The notes beneath the pieces are model-generated. The model was not told the DNA's origin and ran no database searches. It worked only from the letters and a program-made list of their open reading frames with translations. This document shows positions 48,500 to 58,211 of a stretch of 64,000 nt of DNA, piece by piece. Made by a program: the position numbers and the translations under genes. Source of the DNA: Candidatus Darwinibacter acetoxidans (GTDB lineage Bacteria; Bacillota; Limnochordia; Darwinibacteriales; Darwinibacteriaceae); the NCBI GenBank assembly GCA_041936745.1, contig JBHGWS010000020.1, positions 294 through 64,293 on the forward strand, in the 5' to 3' direction. Within the stretch, counting starts at the first letter, position 1; every line of letters begins with the position of its first letter.

Positions 48500-48712
48500 A
48501 TGAGTTCACATGTAGTTAAAGTAATCGAACTTGTGGGCCAGTCCGAAAGCAGTTGGGAAAATGCGGTGCAGGCAGCCGTAAAAGAAGCTGCCAAAACGGT
48601 CCGAGGCATTACCGGCGTAGAAGTTTTAAACTGGACCGGAGCCGTAAACGATGCGGGCGATATCACAGGTTACAGGGCGAATGTGCAGGTAGCATTCAAA
48701 GTGGACAATTAA
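48500..48712 (+). CDS. dodecin-family flavin-binding protein
   Basis: ATG 48500 after AAGGGGG; 70 aa; VVKVIELVGQSESSWENAV...V.VAFKV pattern of dodecins. Confidence 0.7.
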   Translation: MSSHVVKVIELVGQSESSWENAVQAAVKEAAKTVRGITGVEVLNWTGAVNDAGDITGYRANVQVAFKVDN

Positions 48713-48790
48713 AAAAATATTAAAAAAGCGGCTCGGGATAACCGGGCCGTTTTTTGGTCATACTACTTCTAGTCCAAAATTGAGAGTGGG

Positions 48791-49132
48791 GTGACTGCAG
48801 TGGATTGGATGGGAGCAGTAGTACGCTTCATAGTGTCTGCTCTGGTTTTAATGTTAGTGGGCTTTATTATTCCGGGGTTTAAGTCTTTAACCTTCTTCCA
48901 CGCCCTTTTGGCGGCGGTCGTCATCGCTGCCCTGGGCTGGGTGGTGGAAAGTCTGCTCGGTAAAAGCGTTTCCCCGTACGGCAGAGGCATAGTTGGTTTT
49001 TTGATTTCGGCTTTAATCGTTTGGGTGACCCAATTCGTGATACCCGGGATGTCGGTTTCCGTAATCGGAGCCCTGTTAGCGGCCTTTGTGATTGGGATAA
49101 TTGACATGTTCGTACCCACCACCATTCGCTAA
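48791..49132 (+). CDS. phage-holin-4-like (YvlD/DUF360) family small membrane protein
   Basis: 113 aa, 3-4 TM; pattern VGFIIPGF...VIPGM typical of this family. Confidence 0.55.
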   Translation: MTAVDWMGAVVRFIVSALVLMLVGFIIPGFKSLTFFHALLAAVVIAALGWVVESLLGKSVSPYGRGIVGFLISALIVWVTQFVIPGMSVSVIGALLAAFVIGIIDMFVPTTIR

Positions 49133-49195
49133 CTGCCGAAAGAATCAAGCGTCCTTTTGAGGGGCGCTTATTTTCACTGTCAAAGGGGGGGTGGC

Positions 49196-50665
49196 ATGGC
49201 AAAAAAAAAATATGAGATCAGAGGGCGCTTAAATGACAACATAAATATTTTAAAAGATGATTTAGGCTACGGAATCAGCTTTGATGTGGTCATCAGGAGG
49301 ATTCGCATTGCCCATAAACAGGCGGCTTTGCTTTTTCTAGACGGCTTTGTCGATGGCGATGCGGTCATTGAGATTATGAAAAGGCTGCAGCTTGTGCCCC
49401 GGCTCGGGGTTACTACAAGCGCACTTGAACAGCTGCTCTACGAAGATTTACCGTTTTACGAGGTAAGTACGGCCGATAATCTGGAAGCGGCTATGGACCA
49501 ATTTTTGGTTGGGGCCCTTCTTTTATTAATAGACGGCATCAAAACAGTTTTTGTCCTCGATGTGAGGCAGTATGTAACCAGGGGCAGCGAAGAGCCCGCC
49601 CTGGAAAGGGTAACCAGGGGTTCGCGGGACGGCTTTGTGGAAACGGCCCTTTTTAATGTGAACTTAATTAGGCGGCGGGTGCGCGATCCGGGGCTGCGCT
49701 TTGAAGCACTGCAGGTGGGCAGGCGCTCCAAAACAGATGTACTCATCGGTTATATCTCTGATATAGCGGACCCTAGTTTGGTGCAGGAGGTAAAGGACAG
49801 GATTGGCAGTATAGACAGAGACGGCATACCCATGGGTGGTAAAAACCTGGAAGAATACATTCTGGGGACTACTTTCAACCCCCTGCCCGTTACGCGCTAC
49901 ACGGAAAGGCCGGACGTGGCCACAGCCCACCTGTTTGAAGGGCACGTTGTAATTTTGGTGGATACAACCCCTTTTGCTTTAATCGTGCCCGTAACCGCTT
50001 GGCATTTTACGCAGCATGCGGAAGAATACTTTCAAAACCCGCCTGTGGGCACTTATCTTCGCTGGGTAAGGACTGCGGGAATCTTGGTATCATTGGTGCT
50101 CATCCCCCTTTGGTACCTTTTGGCAACAACGCCTGATCTGCCGGGCTGGCTTGCTTTTATCGGCCCGAAAGAACCGGGGCGGATTGTGCTTTGGATGCAG
50201 TTTTTCCTTTTGGAGATCGGCCTTGATTTAATCCGCATGGCGCTGATTCATACGCCTGATGCCCTGGCCACATCACTGGGGCTTGTGGGAGCAACTCTTT
50301 TAGGGGAGCTGGCGGTCGCCGTAGGGCTTTTTACCGGTGAGGCAATTTTGTACACGGCAGTTGTGGCGATCTGCAGTTTCGCTACGCCCAGCATTGAGTT
50401 TGCCTACGCCATCAGGCTTTTTCGCTATGTTTTGTTTTTCGGCGCCGTTATCTTTGGTTGGGCCGGTTTTGGAGCGGGCTTTTTGTTTATATTTTTAATT
50501 TTCGGAGTAACCAAATCTTTCGGGGTGCCCTATTTGTGGCCGCTTCTGCCCTTTGATTTTGCCGCTTTGACGAGGATAATTTTTCGTTACCCAATCCCGC
50601 AGGTGGCAATTAGGCCCCGGTTGACGAAACCGCAGGACATGAGGGCGAAACCAAAACAAAAGTGA
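49196..50665 (+). CDS. GerA-family spore germination protein (A-subunit type), orphan
   Basis: ATG 49196 after AAAGGGGGGG; ~490 aa; soluble N-domain then 4-5 C-terminal TM helices, as in GerAA/GerKA/SpoVAF. Confidence 0.8.
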   Translation: MAKKKYEIRGRLNDNINILKDDLGYGISFDVVIRRIRIAHKQAALLFLDGFVDGDAVIEIMKRLQLVPRLGVTTSALEQLLYEDLPFYEVSTADNLEAAMDQFLVGALLLLIDGIKTVFVLDVRQYVTRGSEEPALERVTRGSRDGFVETALFNVNLIRRRVRDPGLRFEALQVGRRSKTDVLIGYISDIADPSLVQEVKDRIGSIDRDGIPMGGKNLEEYILGTTFNPLPVTRYTERPDVATAHLFEGHVVILVDTTPFALIVPVTAWHFTQHAEEYFQNPPVGTYLRWVRTAGILVSLVLIPLWYLLATTPDLPGWLAFIGPKEPGRIVLWMQFFLLEIGLDLIRMALIHTPDALATSLGLVGATLLGELAVAVGLFTGEAILYTAVVAICSFATPSIEFAYAIRLFRYVLFFGAVIFGWAGFGAGFLFIFLIFGVTKSFGVPYLWPLLPFDFAALTRIIFRYPIPQVAIRPRLTKPQDMRAKPKQK

Positions 50666-50755
50666 GAGGGGTGGCCTTAAATTAGGCAGATCGGGATTCC
50701 CAGCGCTCTTTACTATTTTCACTACCAGCCGCTTTGGCGGTGTTTTTTTGCAGAA

Positions 50756-51598
50756 TTGGGCCTGCGGCCTGTTTTTTCGCTGCCCACCAACAAAGAAATT
50801 TTGGCTCAGGGCCTGGCTTCCTGTGTGGATGGAGCCTGCTTACCCATCAAGGCGTATGTTGGCCACTGCCGAGCTTTAGCCGCGGCAGGGCATGAACTTT
50901 TGTTTGTACCCCAAATAATCAGCGTTTACAAGCGTGAATATATCTGCCCAAGTTTCATGGGCCTGCCTGATTTAGTGAAGCAATATCTGCCCGCAAGGGT
51001 GAGGATTTTGGCCCCGGTTATCGATGCACGTAAAGGCAATAGAGCAGTTTGCCGCGCCTATCTGCGCATGGGCCGGGAATTTGCTCCCTCTTGGACCGTA
51101 AAAAAGGCTTGGCAAAAAGCCCTCGCCAAACAGGCAGAATTTGATGCGGCCCTCCAGGCTAAAATTACCGAAGCCGCCAAAGGGCATTTAAACATCCTGC
51201 TTTTGGGGCCCCGCTATCTGGTAGACGATCACTTTCTAAACGGAAATTTGGCCGAAAAACTGAAAAATCTGGGCGCCGGGGTTTTCACCGCGGCCCAACT
51301 GCCCGATGCCATTAGTAGGCAGGCCAACTCCGTACTTAACAAGCGGTTGTTCTGGACGGAAGCCAGAAAATCCGTTGGTGCCTTAGAACACCTGGCGGCA
51401 AGGCTGGCCGGGGTGATCAGTATTTCCCCTTTCGGCTGTGGGGCCGAGTCTTTGTTAGGTACCCTTCTGGCTGAGCGCACCAGGGCAAGGGGCTTAGCGA
51501 AATTGGAGCTAAACATCGATGAACATACAAGCGAGGTGGGTACGCTGACGAGGCTGGAAGCTTTTTGCGATCTTTTAGAAAGGAAAAGGATGCGATGA
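50756..51598 (+). CDS. DUF2229 (CoA-enzyme-activase-associated) domain protein, copy A; conserved N-terminus probably starts upstream at ATT 50681
   Basis: Paralogous to the next gene (CLPIKAYVG / CLPFKIILG; IDEHTSEVG..TRLEAF / VDEHSGETG..TRLEAF); the in-frame upstream IGIPSALYYFHYQPLWRCFF lacks an ATG/GTG/TTG. Confidence 0.55.
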   Translation: MGLRPVFSLPTNKEILAQGLASCVDGACLPIKAYVGHCRALAAAGHELLFVPQIISVYKREYICPSFMGLPDLVKQYLPARVRILAPVIDARKGNRAVCRAYLRMGREFAPSWTVKKAWQKALAKQAEFDAALQAKITEAAKGHLNILLLGPRYLVDDHFLNGNLAEKLKNLGAGVFTAAQLPDAISRQANSVLNKRLFWTEARKSVGALEHLAARLAGVISISPFGCGAESLLGTLLAERTRARGLAKLELNIDEHTSEVGTLTRLEAFCDLLERKRMR

Positions 51599-52707
51599 AA
51601 GTTACTTTTCCCCATTTAGGCAATGCTTACATTCCCTTGGAAGCACTTCTTAAGGGACTGGGCCACGAACCGATAACGCCGCCTTTGGCAAGCAAAAGAA
51701 CCTTAGAGTGGGGAAGCAGGCACAGCCCGGAAGAGACCTGCCTCCCCTTTAAAATTATACTGGGCAACATGCTGGAAGGGATCGAATTAGGTGCCGACTG
51801 CATTTTTATGATCGGCGGTTGGGGGCCCTGCCGCTTAGGCTATTACGGAGAAATCCAGCGGATAATTTTGCAAGATTTGGGGAACAGGACGGAATTTATC
51901 ACCTTGGAAGTACCCAACGGCAACTACCGGTTGGCTTGGCAGAGATTGAAAAGAATCTTCGAGCCCACTCAAGCCGAGCAGTTTATCGCCGGCTGCCGTC
52001 TGGCTTGGGCCAAGGTAGGCGCCATGGAAGAGCTGGAAAACATGGCCTTAAAAACCCGCCCCCGCGAGAAACAAAAAGGTTCAACTTCGCGGCTTTTAAA
52101 AACCACCTTAATAGAACTTAGAAATCTGGAAAGCTTGCGGGCCGTTAAAAAGCTGCGCCGAGAAAGCAAGGGGGCTTTTCGGGACTTGGTTTGTGATTCC
52201 AGCCCTGCCCCCAGCCTGCGGCTGGGGCTTGTGGGCGAGATCTACACGGTTGTGGAGCCTTTTGCCAACCTGCGTTTGGAAGAGCGGCTCGGTTATTTAG
52301 GCGTAGAAGTTGTCCGCACAATCAGCCTGAAGGCCTGGGTTTGGGATCATATCTTTAAAAACGCTTTGGGATTATACAGTTTGAGAAAATTAAAAGCGGC
52401 TGCCGCCGGCTATTTAAGGGGTTTTATCGGCGGCCACGGCTTAGAAAGCGTAGCCAGGAGCGTGGCACTTGCCAGGAGGGATTTTGCCGGCATCATTCAC
52501 ATCCTGCCTCTTTCCTGCATGCCTGAAATAGTTGCGCAAAGTATTTTACCTGCTGTAAGCAGGAGAGAACAAATTCCAATTTTATCTCTGGTCGTCGACG
52601 AGCATTCCGGCGAAACAGGCTTCCAAACCCGCCTGGAGGCATTTGTAGATCTCTTGCAGAGGAGGCGGCAGCTAACATGTCCAACAAAAAAGAAGGTTTA
52701 TACCTAG
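51595..52707 (+). CDS. DUF2229 domain protein, copy B
   Basis: ATG 51595 after AAGGAAAAGGA; 370 aa; 4-nt overlap with copy A. Confidence 0.6.
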   Translation: MKVTFPHLGNAYIPLEALLKGLGHEPITPPLASKRTLEWGSRHSPEETCLPFKIILGNMLEGIELGADCIFMIGGWGPCRLGYYGEIQRIILQDLGNRTEFITLEVPNGNYRLAWQRLKRIFEPTQAEQFIAGCRLAWAKVGAMEELENMALKTRPREKQKGSTSRLLKTTLIELRNLESLRAVKKLRRESKGAFRDLVCDSSPAPSLRLGLVGEIYTVVEPFANLRLEERLGYLGVEVVRTISLKAWVWDHIFKNALGLYSLRKLKAAAAGYLRGFIGGHGLESVARSVALARRDFAGIIHILPLSCMPEIVAQSILPAVSRREQIPILSLVVDEHSGETGFQTRLEAFVDLLQRRRQLTCPTKKKVYT

Positions 52708-53675
52708 GGGTCGATCTGGGCAGCGTAAGCACTAATTTCGTCCTTGTTAACCCCAAGAAAGCCGCAAAGGATGCGGTCGTTTGGAAAAAATACTTGCGTA
52801 CGAAAGGGGCACCCCTGAAGGCCCTGGGGGAGGGGTTGCATTTTTTGCGGGAACTTAAACCCCGGGTAGTGGGTGTAGGCACAACGGGCAGCGGTAGGGA
52901 ATTAGCCGGGGCTGTTTTAGGTGCGGATGTTGTGAAAAACGAAATTACAGCCCACGCCATTGCCGCTTTAAGTTACAATCCGGCCGTTTCAACCATTGTT
53001 GAAATCGGCGGCCAAGACTCTAAGATTATTATCCTCAGGCAGGGTGTAGTAGCCGATTTTGCCATGAATACGGTCTGTGCCGCGGGGACCGGGTCCTTTT
53101 TGGATCAACAGGCCGTAAGGTTGAATATTCCCATTGAGGAGTTTGGCAGCCTGGCCCTTAAAAGTACGGCCCCGGTCCGGATTGCCGGGCGCTGCACTGT
53201 CTTTGCCGAATCCGACATGATCCATAAACAGCAGCTGGGACACGGCATACCCGACATCTTAGCGGGCTTGTGTGCTGCAATGGTGCGCAACTATTTGACA
53301 AATGTGGCAAAAGGCAAGGACATCCAGCCCGCGGTATTTTTTCAAGGGGGCGTAGCGGCCAACGCAGGTATGCGCAAATCTTTGGAAGAAGCCTTAAACT
53401 TACCGGTTATTGTACCGGCGCACTACGATGTGATGGGGGCAGTAGGTGCCGCCAGGCTTGCCCAAGAATATTTGGAAAATGAAAAAAGGGCGACAAAATT
53501 TGCCGGTTTGGCAGCAGCCGACAGCGACTTTGCAAGTAGGAGTTTTGAATGCCAAGACTGTCCCAACCGCTGTGAAATAGTCCAGATTTTGCGCGATGAA
53601 AAACTCATCGCCACTTGGGGTTCCCGCTGCGGCAAATACGTGGGGCAGGCCGCGGAAACCCATTTTAAAGTGTAA
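52677..53675 (+). CDS. BadF/BadG/BcrA/BcrD-type ATPase (CoA-substrate-specific enzyme activase family) with Cys-rich C-terminal extension
   Basis: 332 aa; ASKHA fold motifs LGVDLGSVSTNFVL, CAAGTGSF; C-terminal CQDCPNRC...C. Confidence 0.8.
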   Translation: MSNKKEGLYLGVDLGSVSTNFVLVNPKKAAKDAVVWKKYLRTKGAPLKALGEGLHFLRELKPRVVGVGTTGSGRELAGAVLGADVVKNEITAHAIAALSYNPAVSTIVEIGGQDSKIIILRQGVVADFAMNTVCAAGTGSFLDQQAVRLNIPIEEFGSLALKSTAPVRIAGRCTVFAESDMIHKQQLGHGIPDILAGLCAAMVRNYLTNVAKGKDIQPAVFFQGGVAANAGMRKSLEEALNLPVIVPAHYDVMGAVGAARLAQEYLENEKRATKFAGLAAADSDFASRSFECQDCPNRCEIVQILRDEKLIATWGSRCGKYVGQAAETHFKV

Positions 53676-53747
53676 CAGCCTGATTATGGCAGGCCGGCCT
53701 GATCTGTGGTATCATGTAAGGGAGTTGGATGAGGAGGTTTCAGGCTG

Positions 53748-54365
53748 ATGATAAATATAGAACACCTGCTTTTAAGCGTTCCCGCTATTTTACTGGCTAT
53801 TTCCTTCCACGAACTGGGCCACGCCTTCGTAGCCTATAAATTAGGTGACGTAACTCAAAAATACCAGGGCCGTTTAACGTTAAACCCCCTGGCTCACTTG
53901 GATCCGGTCGGTGCAATAATGCTTCTGCTGTTTAGGTTTGGCTGGGCCAAGCCGGTTTTGATTAACTCCAATTATTTCAAAAACAAAAGGCAGGGCATCC
54001 TCTTGGTGTCTGCCGCCGGGCCTCTGGCCAACGTCCTTTTGGCCTGGGTATTTTATAACCTCTACCGGTTTTTGCCCGGTTTAATGCCCACTGCAGCACT
54101 GATGAGTACGATGTTTGTTTTTTTATCGCTCAATATCCAGTTAAATTTAGGGCTGGCGGCTTTTAATTTAATCCCTCTGCCGCCTTTGGACGGGTCCAAA
54201 ATTTTGGCTTCCTTTTTACCGCCGCAGTTGGAATATAAGTATTTGAGCTGGGCGCGCTACGGGCCCATGATTTTGATTGTCTTAGTCATTACAGGCGGTG
54301 CCCGGTTGATTATCAATCCCATATACAGCGTTTTATTAAAACTCGTTGCCACTCTTTCGTTGTAG
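53748..54365 (+). CDS. site-2 protease family zinc metalloprotease (M50B, YwhC-like)
   Basis: 205 aa; HELGHA zinc motif in a TM helix; LNPLAHLDPVG motif. Confidence 0.8.
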   Translation: MINIEHLLLSVPAILLAISFHELGHAFVAYKLGDVTQKYQGRLTLNPLAHLDPVGAIMLLLFRFGWAKPVLINSNYFKNKRQGILLVSAAGPLANVLLAWVFYNLYRFLPGLMPTAALMSTMFVFLSLNIQLNLGLAAFNLIPLPPLDGSKILASFLPPQLEYKYLSWARYGPMILIVLVITGGARLIINPIYSVLLKLVATLSL

Positions 54366-55115
54366 GTGATAATTGTGGGCTATGTTTTCCAGCTTAAGGC
54401 TTACGAAGGGCCCCTCGATTTACTGCTTGATCTGATTGCCAAAAATGAAATCGAGATCTGGGATATCCCTATCGCCGCAATTACGGAACAGTATTTGGCT
54501 TACCTGTATTCGCTGCAGGAGCGGGATTTAGCCGTGGCCGGTGAATTTTTAGTTATGGCCGCCACTTTGATCCGGATAAAATCCCGCCTGCTTTTACCGG
54601 AAAAACCGCAGGTTGAGGATTTGGAAGAGGAAGAGAAAGACCCTCGGGAAGAACTGGTGGAACGGCTTGTAAGGTACAAGTTTTTTAAAGAAACAGCTGA
54701 ATTCTTACGGGAAAAATACGAAACCACCCTCTTTTATTACGACAGAGGGCAGGCTCAGGCGGCATATTCCGAGGCGCCAATCTTCACAAACCCCGTTGGG
54801 GATTTGACAATAAACCAGCTAAAGGAGATTTACCGCGGGCTGCGGGAAGAACTGGCGAAGGAAGCACCAACCCACGCTGTCAGCCAAAGGATCTCGGTTA
54901 AGGAGCGCTTAGCTTTAATCCGCCTCCAGCTGGTGGGCCAACCGAAATTAAGTTTCTTTGATCTCTGCCACAACCGTTCGCCGCAGGAAATAGTAGTCAC
55001 TTTACTGGCGGTTTTGGAACTTGTCAGGTTGGGGGAAGTGCGGGTCAGCCAAGAACGATCCTTTGGTGAAATCGCTGTTGAACCTTACGCTTTGGAATTG
55101 GAGGTGCACTCATGA
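54366..55115 (+). CDS. scpA: segregation and condensation protein A
   Basis: 249 aa; FEGPLDLLLDLI N-terminal motif of ScpA kleisins. Confidence 0.9.
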   Translation: MIIVGYVFQLKAYEGPLDLLLDLIAKNEIEIWDIPIAAITEQYLAYLYSLQERDLAVAGEFLVMAATLIRIKSRLLLPEKPQVEDLEEEEKDPREELVERLVRYKFFKETAEFLREKYETTLFYYDRGQAQAAYSEAPIFTNPVGDLTINQLKEIYRGLREELAKEAPTHAVSQRISVKERLALIRLQLVGQPKLSFFDLCHNRSPQEIVVTLLAVLELVRLGEVRVSQERSFGEIAVEPYALELEVHS

Positions 55116-55627
55116 CGCTGGAAGAAGCGGAAATTCTGGTCGAGGGTTTAATTTTCGCTGCCCTTAAACCCATCAAAGCCAAAGAAATTGCCCAAATTAT
55201 CGACCTGGACGCTAAGACAGTCGCTGCTTTAGTCCAAAGAATCAAAGAGCGTTATGCCAAAGGTGCCCTTTTAATTAAAGAGGTTGCGGGCGGTTATCAA
55301 ATGGTTACCAGGCCGGAACTGGCCCCCTGGATTGAAAAAATGGGCCGGCCTGTCATTAATGCCCCATTGACCTTGGCCAGCACGGAGACACTGGCTATTA
55401 TCGCTTACGAGGAACCAATCACTAAAGCGGCCATCGAAGAAATCCGGGGAGTTCGCTCCGACAGCGCTTTAAACAGCCTTTTGGAGAGAGAGTTAATCCG
55501 CGAGTTGGGCAGGAAAGAAGCCCCGGGCAGGCCCATCCTCTATGGTGTCACCGAAAAGTTCCTGCAGCATTTCGGCTTGAAAAGCTTGGACGAACTTCCC
55601 CTGCAGGGCATAAGTAATTGGAAATAA
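55112..55627 (+). CDS. scpB: segregation and condensation protein B
   Basis: 171 aa; tandem winged helices; 4-nt overlap with scpA. Confidence 0.9.
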   Translation: MTLEEAEILVEGLIFAALKPIKAKEIAQIIDLDAKTVAALVQRIKERYAKGALLIKEVAGGYQMVTRPELAPWIEKMGRPVINAPLTLASTETLAIIAYEEPITKAAIEEIRGVRSDSALNSLLERELIRELGRKEAPGRPILYGVTEKFLQHFGLKSLDELPLQGISNWK

Positions 55628-55650
55628 TGGCAAATTAAGACTGAGTTGAG

Positions 55651-56169
55651 GTGATCTTGATGCTGCTGCTCGGTCTTTTTTTGTTCTTCTTATTTTTTCT
55701 TTTATTAATCAAATTTTCGTTAAAAATCCAATTGGGCTGGGATGGCGAGCAGCTGTCCATCACTCTTTCTCTGGCGCTTTGTGGAATTTTTTTTAAAATA
55801 CCCCCTGTCCTGCTGGCAAAAGCTGCAGAGAAAATTAGAGAGCGCCCTTTTCCCCGCCTGCAGGAGGCAAGGCGCGGCCTGCATTTGGCCTCCCGCCTCT
55901 TTTCCCGTTTTGTCCAAGAAGTAAATGCCTTTGATTTGAAAATAGTTTTTGGCGCGGGGGATCCGCTCTGGACCGCTTTGGGTTTTGGGGGCATTTGGGC
56001 TGTGCTCGGCCCGCTTTTTGGCGGGAGGGCTAAGCTTGCCAAGCCGCCTCGTATTGACGTTACGCCTGATTTTCATAACAGGGTCCTGCGAATCAGCCTT
56101 TACTGCATATTTAGCTTTCGACTTGGTCAAATTATACTCGATGAGCTGAGGGCGTTAGTGCGGAGTTGA
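55651..56169 (+). CDS. ytfI: YtfI-like (DUF2953) sporulation-associated membrane protein
   Basis: N-terminal very hydrophobic helix; sits directly upstream of ytfJ as in B. subtilis ytfI-ytfJ; ATG 55660 is an alternative start. Confidence 0.5.
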   Translation: MILMLLLGLFLFFLFFLLLIKFSLKIQLGWDGEQLSITLSLALCGIFFKIPPVLLAKAAEKIRERPFPRLQEARRGLHLASRLFSRFVQEVNAFDLKIVFGAGDPLWTALGFGGIWAVLGPLFGGRAKLAKPPRIDVTPDFHNRVLRISLYCIFSFRLGQIILDELRALVRS

Positions 56170-56193
56170 ATTGGGTGGAAGGAGGCCTGAAAG

Positions 56194-56601
56194 TTGGAGA
56201 ATAAGCATCCTATCGAAGGGTTGATGGAAACCGCCATGGAAAGTCTAAAAACCATGGTGGATGTAAACACCATTCTGGGTGATCCGGTGGAGACGCCGGA
56301 CGGGCAGGTAATTTTACCGGTGAGCAGAGTTAGCTTCGGCTTTGCAGCCGGGGGAGGTGAATACGCCGGCTCCGCTAAGGAGGAAAAACACCCCTTCGGC
56401 GGCGGCAGCGGGGCGGGGATTGCTTTACACCCCGTAGCTTTTTTGGTGGTAGGCCGGGACAGCGTCCGTTTGCTGCCGGTAAATCAAAGTGCAATTTACG
56501 ATCGTTTGTTGGATTTGGCACCACAGTTCATTGATCAAATCCAGGGCCTGATGAAAGGGGAAAAGAGCAACGGGATTTTACGCTCGACTTACAAAGTCTA
56601 A
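56194..56601 (+). CDS. ytfJ: sporulation protein YtfJ / GerW family
   Basis: 135 aa; HPIEGLMETAMESLK...VNTILGDPVETPDGQVILPVSRVSFGFAAGGGE is a strong match to GerW/YtfJ. Confidence 0.8.
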   Translation: MENKHPIEGLMETAMESLKTMVDVNTILGDPVETPDGQVILPVSRVSFGFAAGGGEYAGSAKEEKHPFGGGSGAGIALHPVAFLVVGRDSVRLLPVNQSAIYDRLLDLAPQFIDQIQGLMKGEKSNGILRSTYKV

Positions 56602-56615
56602 AAAAGCGGCGGTTA

Positions 56616-56638
56616 AGAGGGGGCAACCCCTCTTTTTT
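56616..56638 (+). terminator. rho-independent terminator after ytfJ
   Basis: AGAGGGGGCAACCCCTCTTTTTTG. Confidence 0.55.
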
Positions 56639-56689
56639 GTTGCCATCTAAGGCAAAATTCGATAGTATTAAGTTACTGGAGGGTGTTTT

Positions 56690-57415
56690 GTGAAAGAAAG
56701 GCTGCAGAAAGTTATGGCGCAGGCCGGGATCGGTTCCCGCCGGGCCTGTGAAAAGCTAATTTTGGAAGGCCGCGTCTTGGTCAACGGCGAGGCCGCTGTT
56801 TTGGGCATGAAGGTTGATCCCGAGGCGTCTCAAATTCTAGTTGACGGCAGGGTGTTAGGGCCGCCCCAAAACTTGCGTTATTTTATCTTAAATAAACCCC
56901 TGGGCTACATCACGACAGTCAAAGACCAATTCGGCCGCAAAGGTGTGCTCGATCTTTTAACGGGTGTGAAAGAGCGCGTGTACCCGGTCGGGCGCCTTGA
57001 CTATGACTCGGAGGGTTTAGTTTTTTTAACAAACGACGGTGCATTGGCCCACAAAGTGATGCATCCCAAGTTCGGCCTGGCCAAAGTATATTTAGTTGAA
57101 GTAACGGGCCAAATCACGCAGGAAGCCCTCCGCCTTTTAAGAAACGGTGTTGCTTTGGAAGACGGCTTAACTCAGCCTGCCATCGCTCGGGTCTTGGCGA
57201 AAAGCGACAGTTTCACTCGCCTGCGCTTAAGTCTGAAAGAAGGCCGCAATCGGCAGATCCGGCGCATGTGCCGGAAGGTGGGTTTTCCCGTCCGGCATCT
57301 TTTAAGGATTCAAATTGGGCCTCTCAAATTGGGTGAACTGCCCAGCGGCTCTTTTAGGGAACTGACAAAAGAAGAAATAAGCGCCCTGCAGGCGAGGCTG
57401 AAAAACAAAGCTTGA
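56690..57415 (+). CDS. rluB: 23S rRNA pseudouridine synthase RluB (S4 domain + RsuA-type catalytic domain)
   Basis: 241 aa; S4 domain RLQKVMAQAGIGSRR, catalytic GRLDYDSEGL. Confidence 0.85.
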   Translation: MKERLQKVMAQAGIGSRRACEKLILEGRVLVNGEAAVLGMKVDPEASQILVDGRVLGPPQNLRYFILNKPLGYITTVKDQFGRKGVLDLLTGVKERVYPVGRLDYDSEGLVFLTNDGALAHKVMHPKFGLAKVYLVEVTGQITQEALRLLRNGVALEDGLTQPAIARVLAKSDSFTRLRLSLKEGRNRQIRRMCRKVGFPVRHLLRIQIGPLKLGELPSGSFRELTKEEISALQARLKNKA

Positions 57416-57512
57416 AGCTGCCCCGCATTTTTCGTAAAGGGGATTTTAACTCCTTGGTGAAGATAAGGATGGGCTAAGTTTTCGGCTAAACTTTGGGAAA
57501 GGTAGAAGTTTA

Positions 57513-58211
57513 ATGATGAGAATTGCCATAGACGGCCCCGCCGGCGCGGGGAAAAGTACAATTGCCCGCCTGGTGGCCCAAAGATTGGGCCTGCGCTATT
57601 TGGATACGGGTGCTATGTATCGGGCTTTAACCCTGCAGGCACTGCGGGAAAACATCTCCCCGGCCGATGAAGAGGGCTTGGTGGAACTGGTAAAATCGAT
57701 GAACCTGGAGATTTCCTGGCAGAATCGGGCTGAAGATAATCTGTTTTTTATAAACAAAGAGGATGTGACGGAAGAAATCCGCCGGCCGGCCGTGAGCGAA
57801 AACGTTTCCCTGGCAGCCAGCCATGGTAAGGTCCGGGAAATAATTGCTTCTTTGCAGCAGAAAATCGCTGCCCAAGGGTCAATTGTCATGGACGGCCGGG
57901 ATATTGGTACGGTAGTTATGCCCACGGCGGATTGGAAGTTTTATCTTTCCGCTTCCGTTGAAGAGAGGGCCAGGCGCCGGCAGTTGGAATTGAAAAGAAG
58001 AGGGCTTGATGTTGATTTGCAAGAATTGGAGCGGCAGATTCAGCGGAGAGATTTTTTGGATTCAACCAGAGAAGTGTCGCCGTTAAAAAAAGCTGAGGAT
58101 GCCATTGAAATAGATACGACAAATCTGAACATCGAACAAGTGGTAGACGAAGTTCTCCGCTTTATCTCGGGGGGGAAGGATCGTGTACAGAGCTCTAGTG
58201 GCAGTCATTAG
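57513..58211 (+). CDS. cmk: cytidylate kinase
   Basis: 232 aa; IAIDGPAGAGKST P-loop; NMP-binding and lid regions. Confidence 0.95.
   Translation: MMRIAIDGPAGAGKSTIARLVAQRLGLRYLDTGAMYRALTLQALRENISPADEEGLVELVKSMNLEISWQNRAEDNLFFINKEDVTEEIRRPAVSENVSLAASHGKVREIIASLQQKIAAQGSIVMDGRDIGTVVMPTADWKFYLSASVEERARRRQLELKRRGLDVDLQELERQIQRRDFLDSTREVSPLKKAEDAIEIDTTNLNIEQVVDEVLRFISGGKDRVQSSSGSH

Noticed and set aside
53676-53747. Perfect palindrome CAGGCCGGCCTG after the activase gene
   Set aside because: Short, no T-run. More likely a restriction-site-like palindrome (contains GGCCGGCC) than a terminator or operator.
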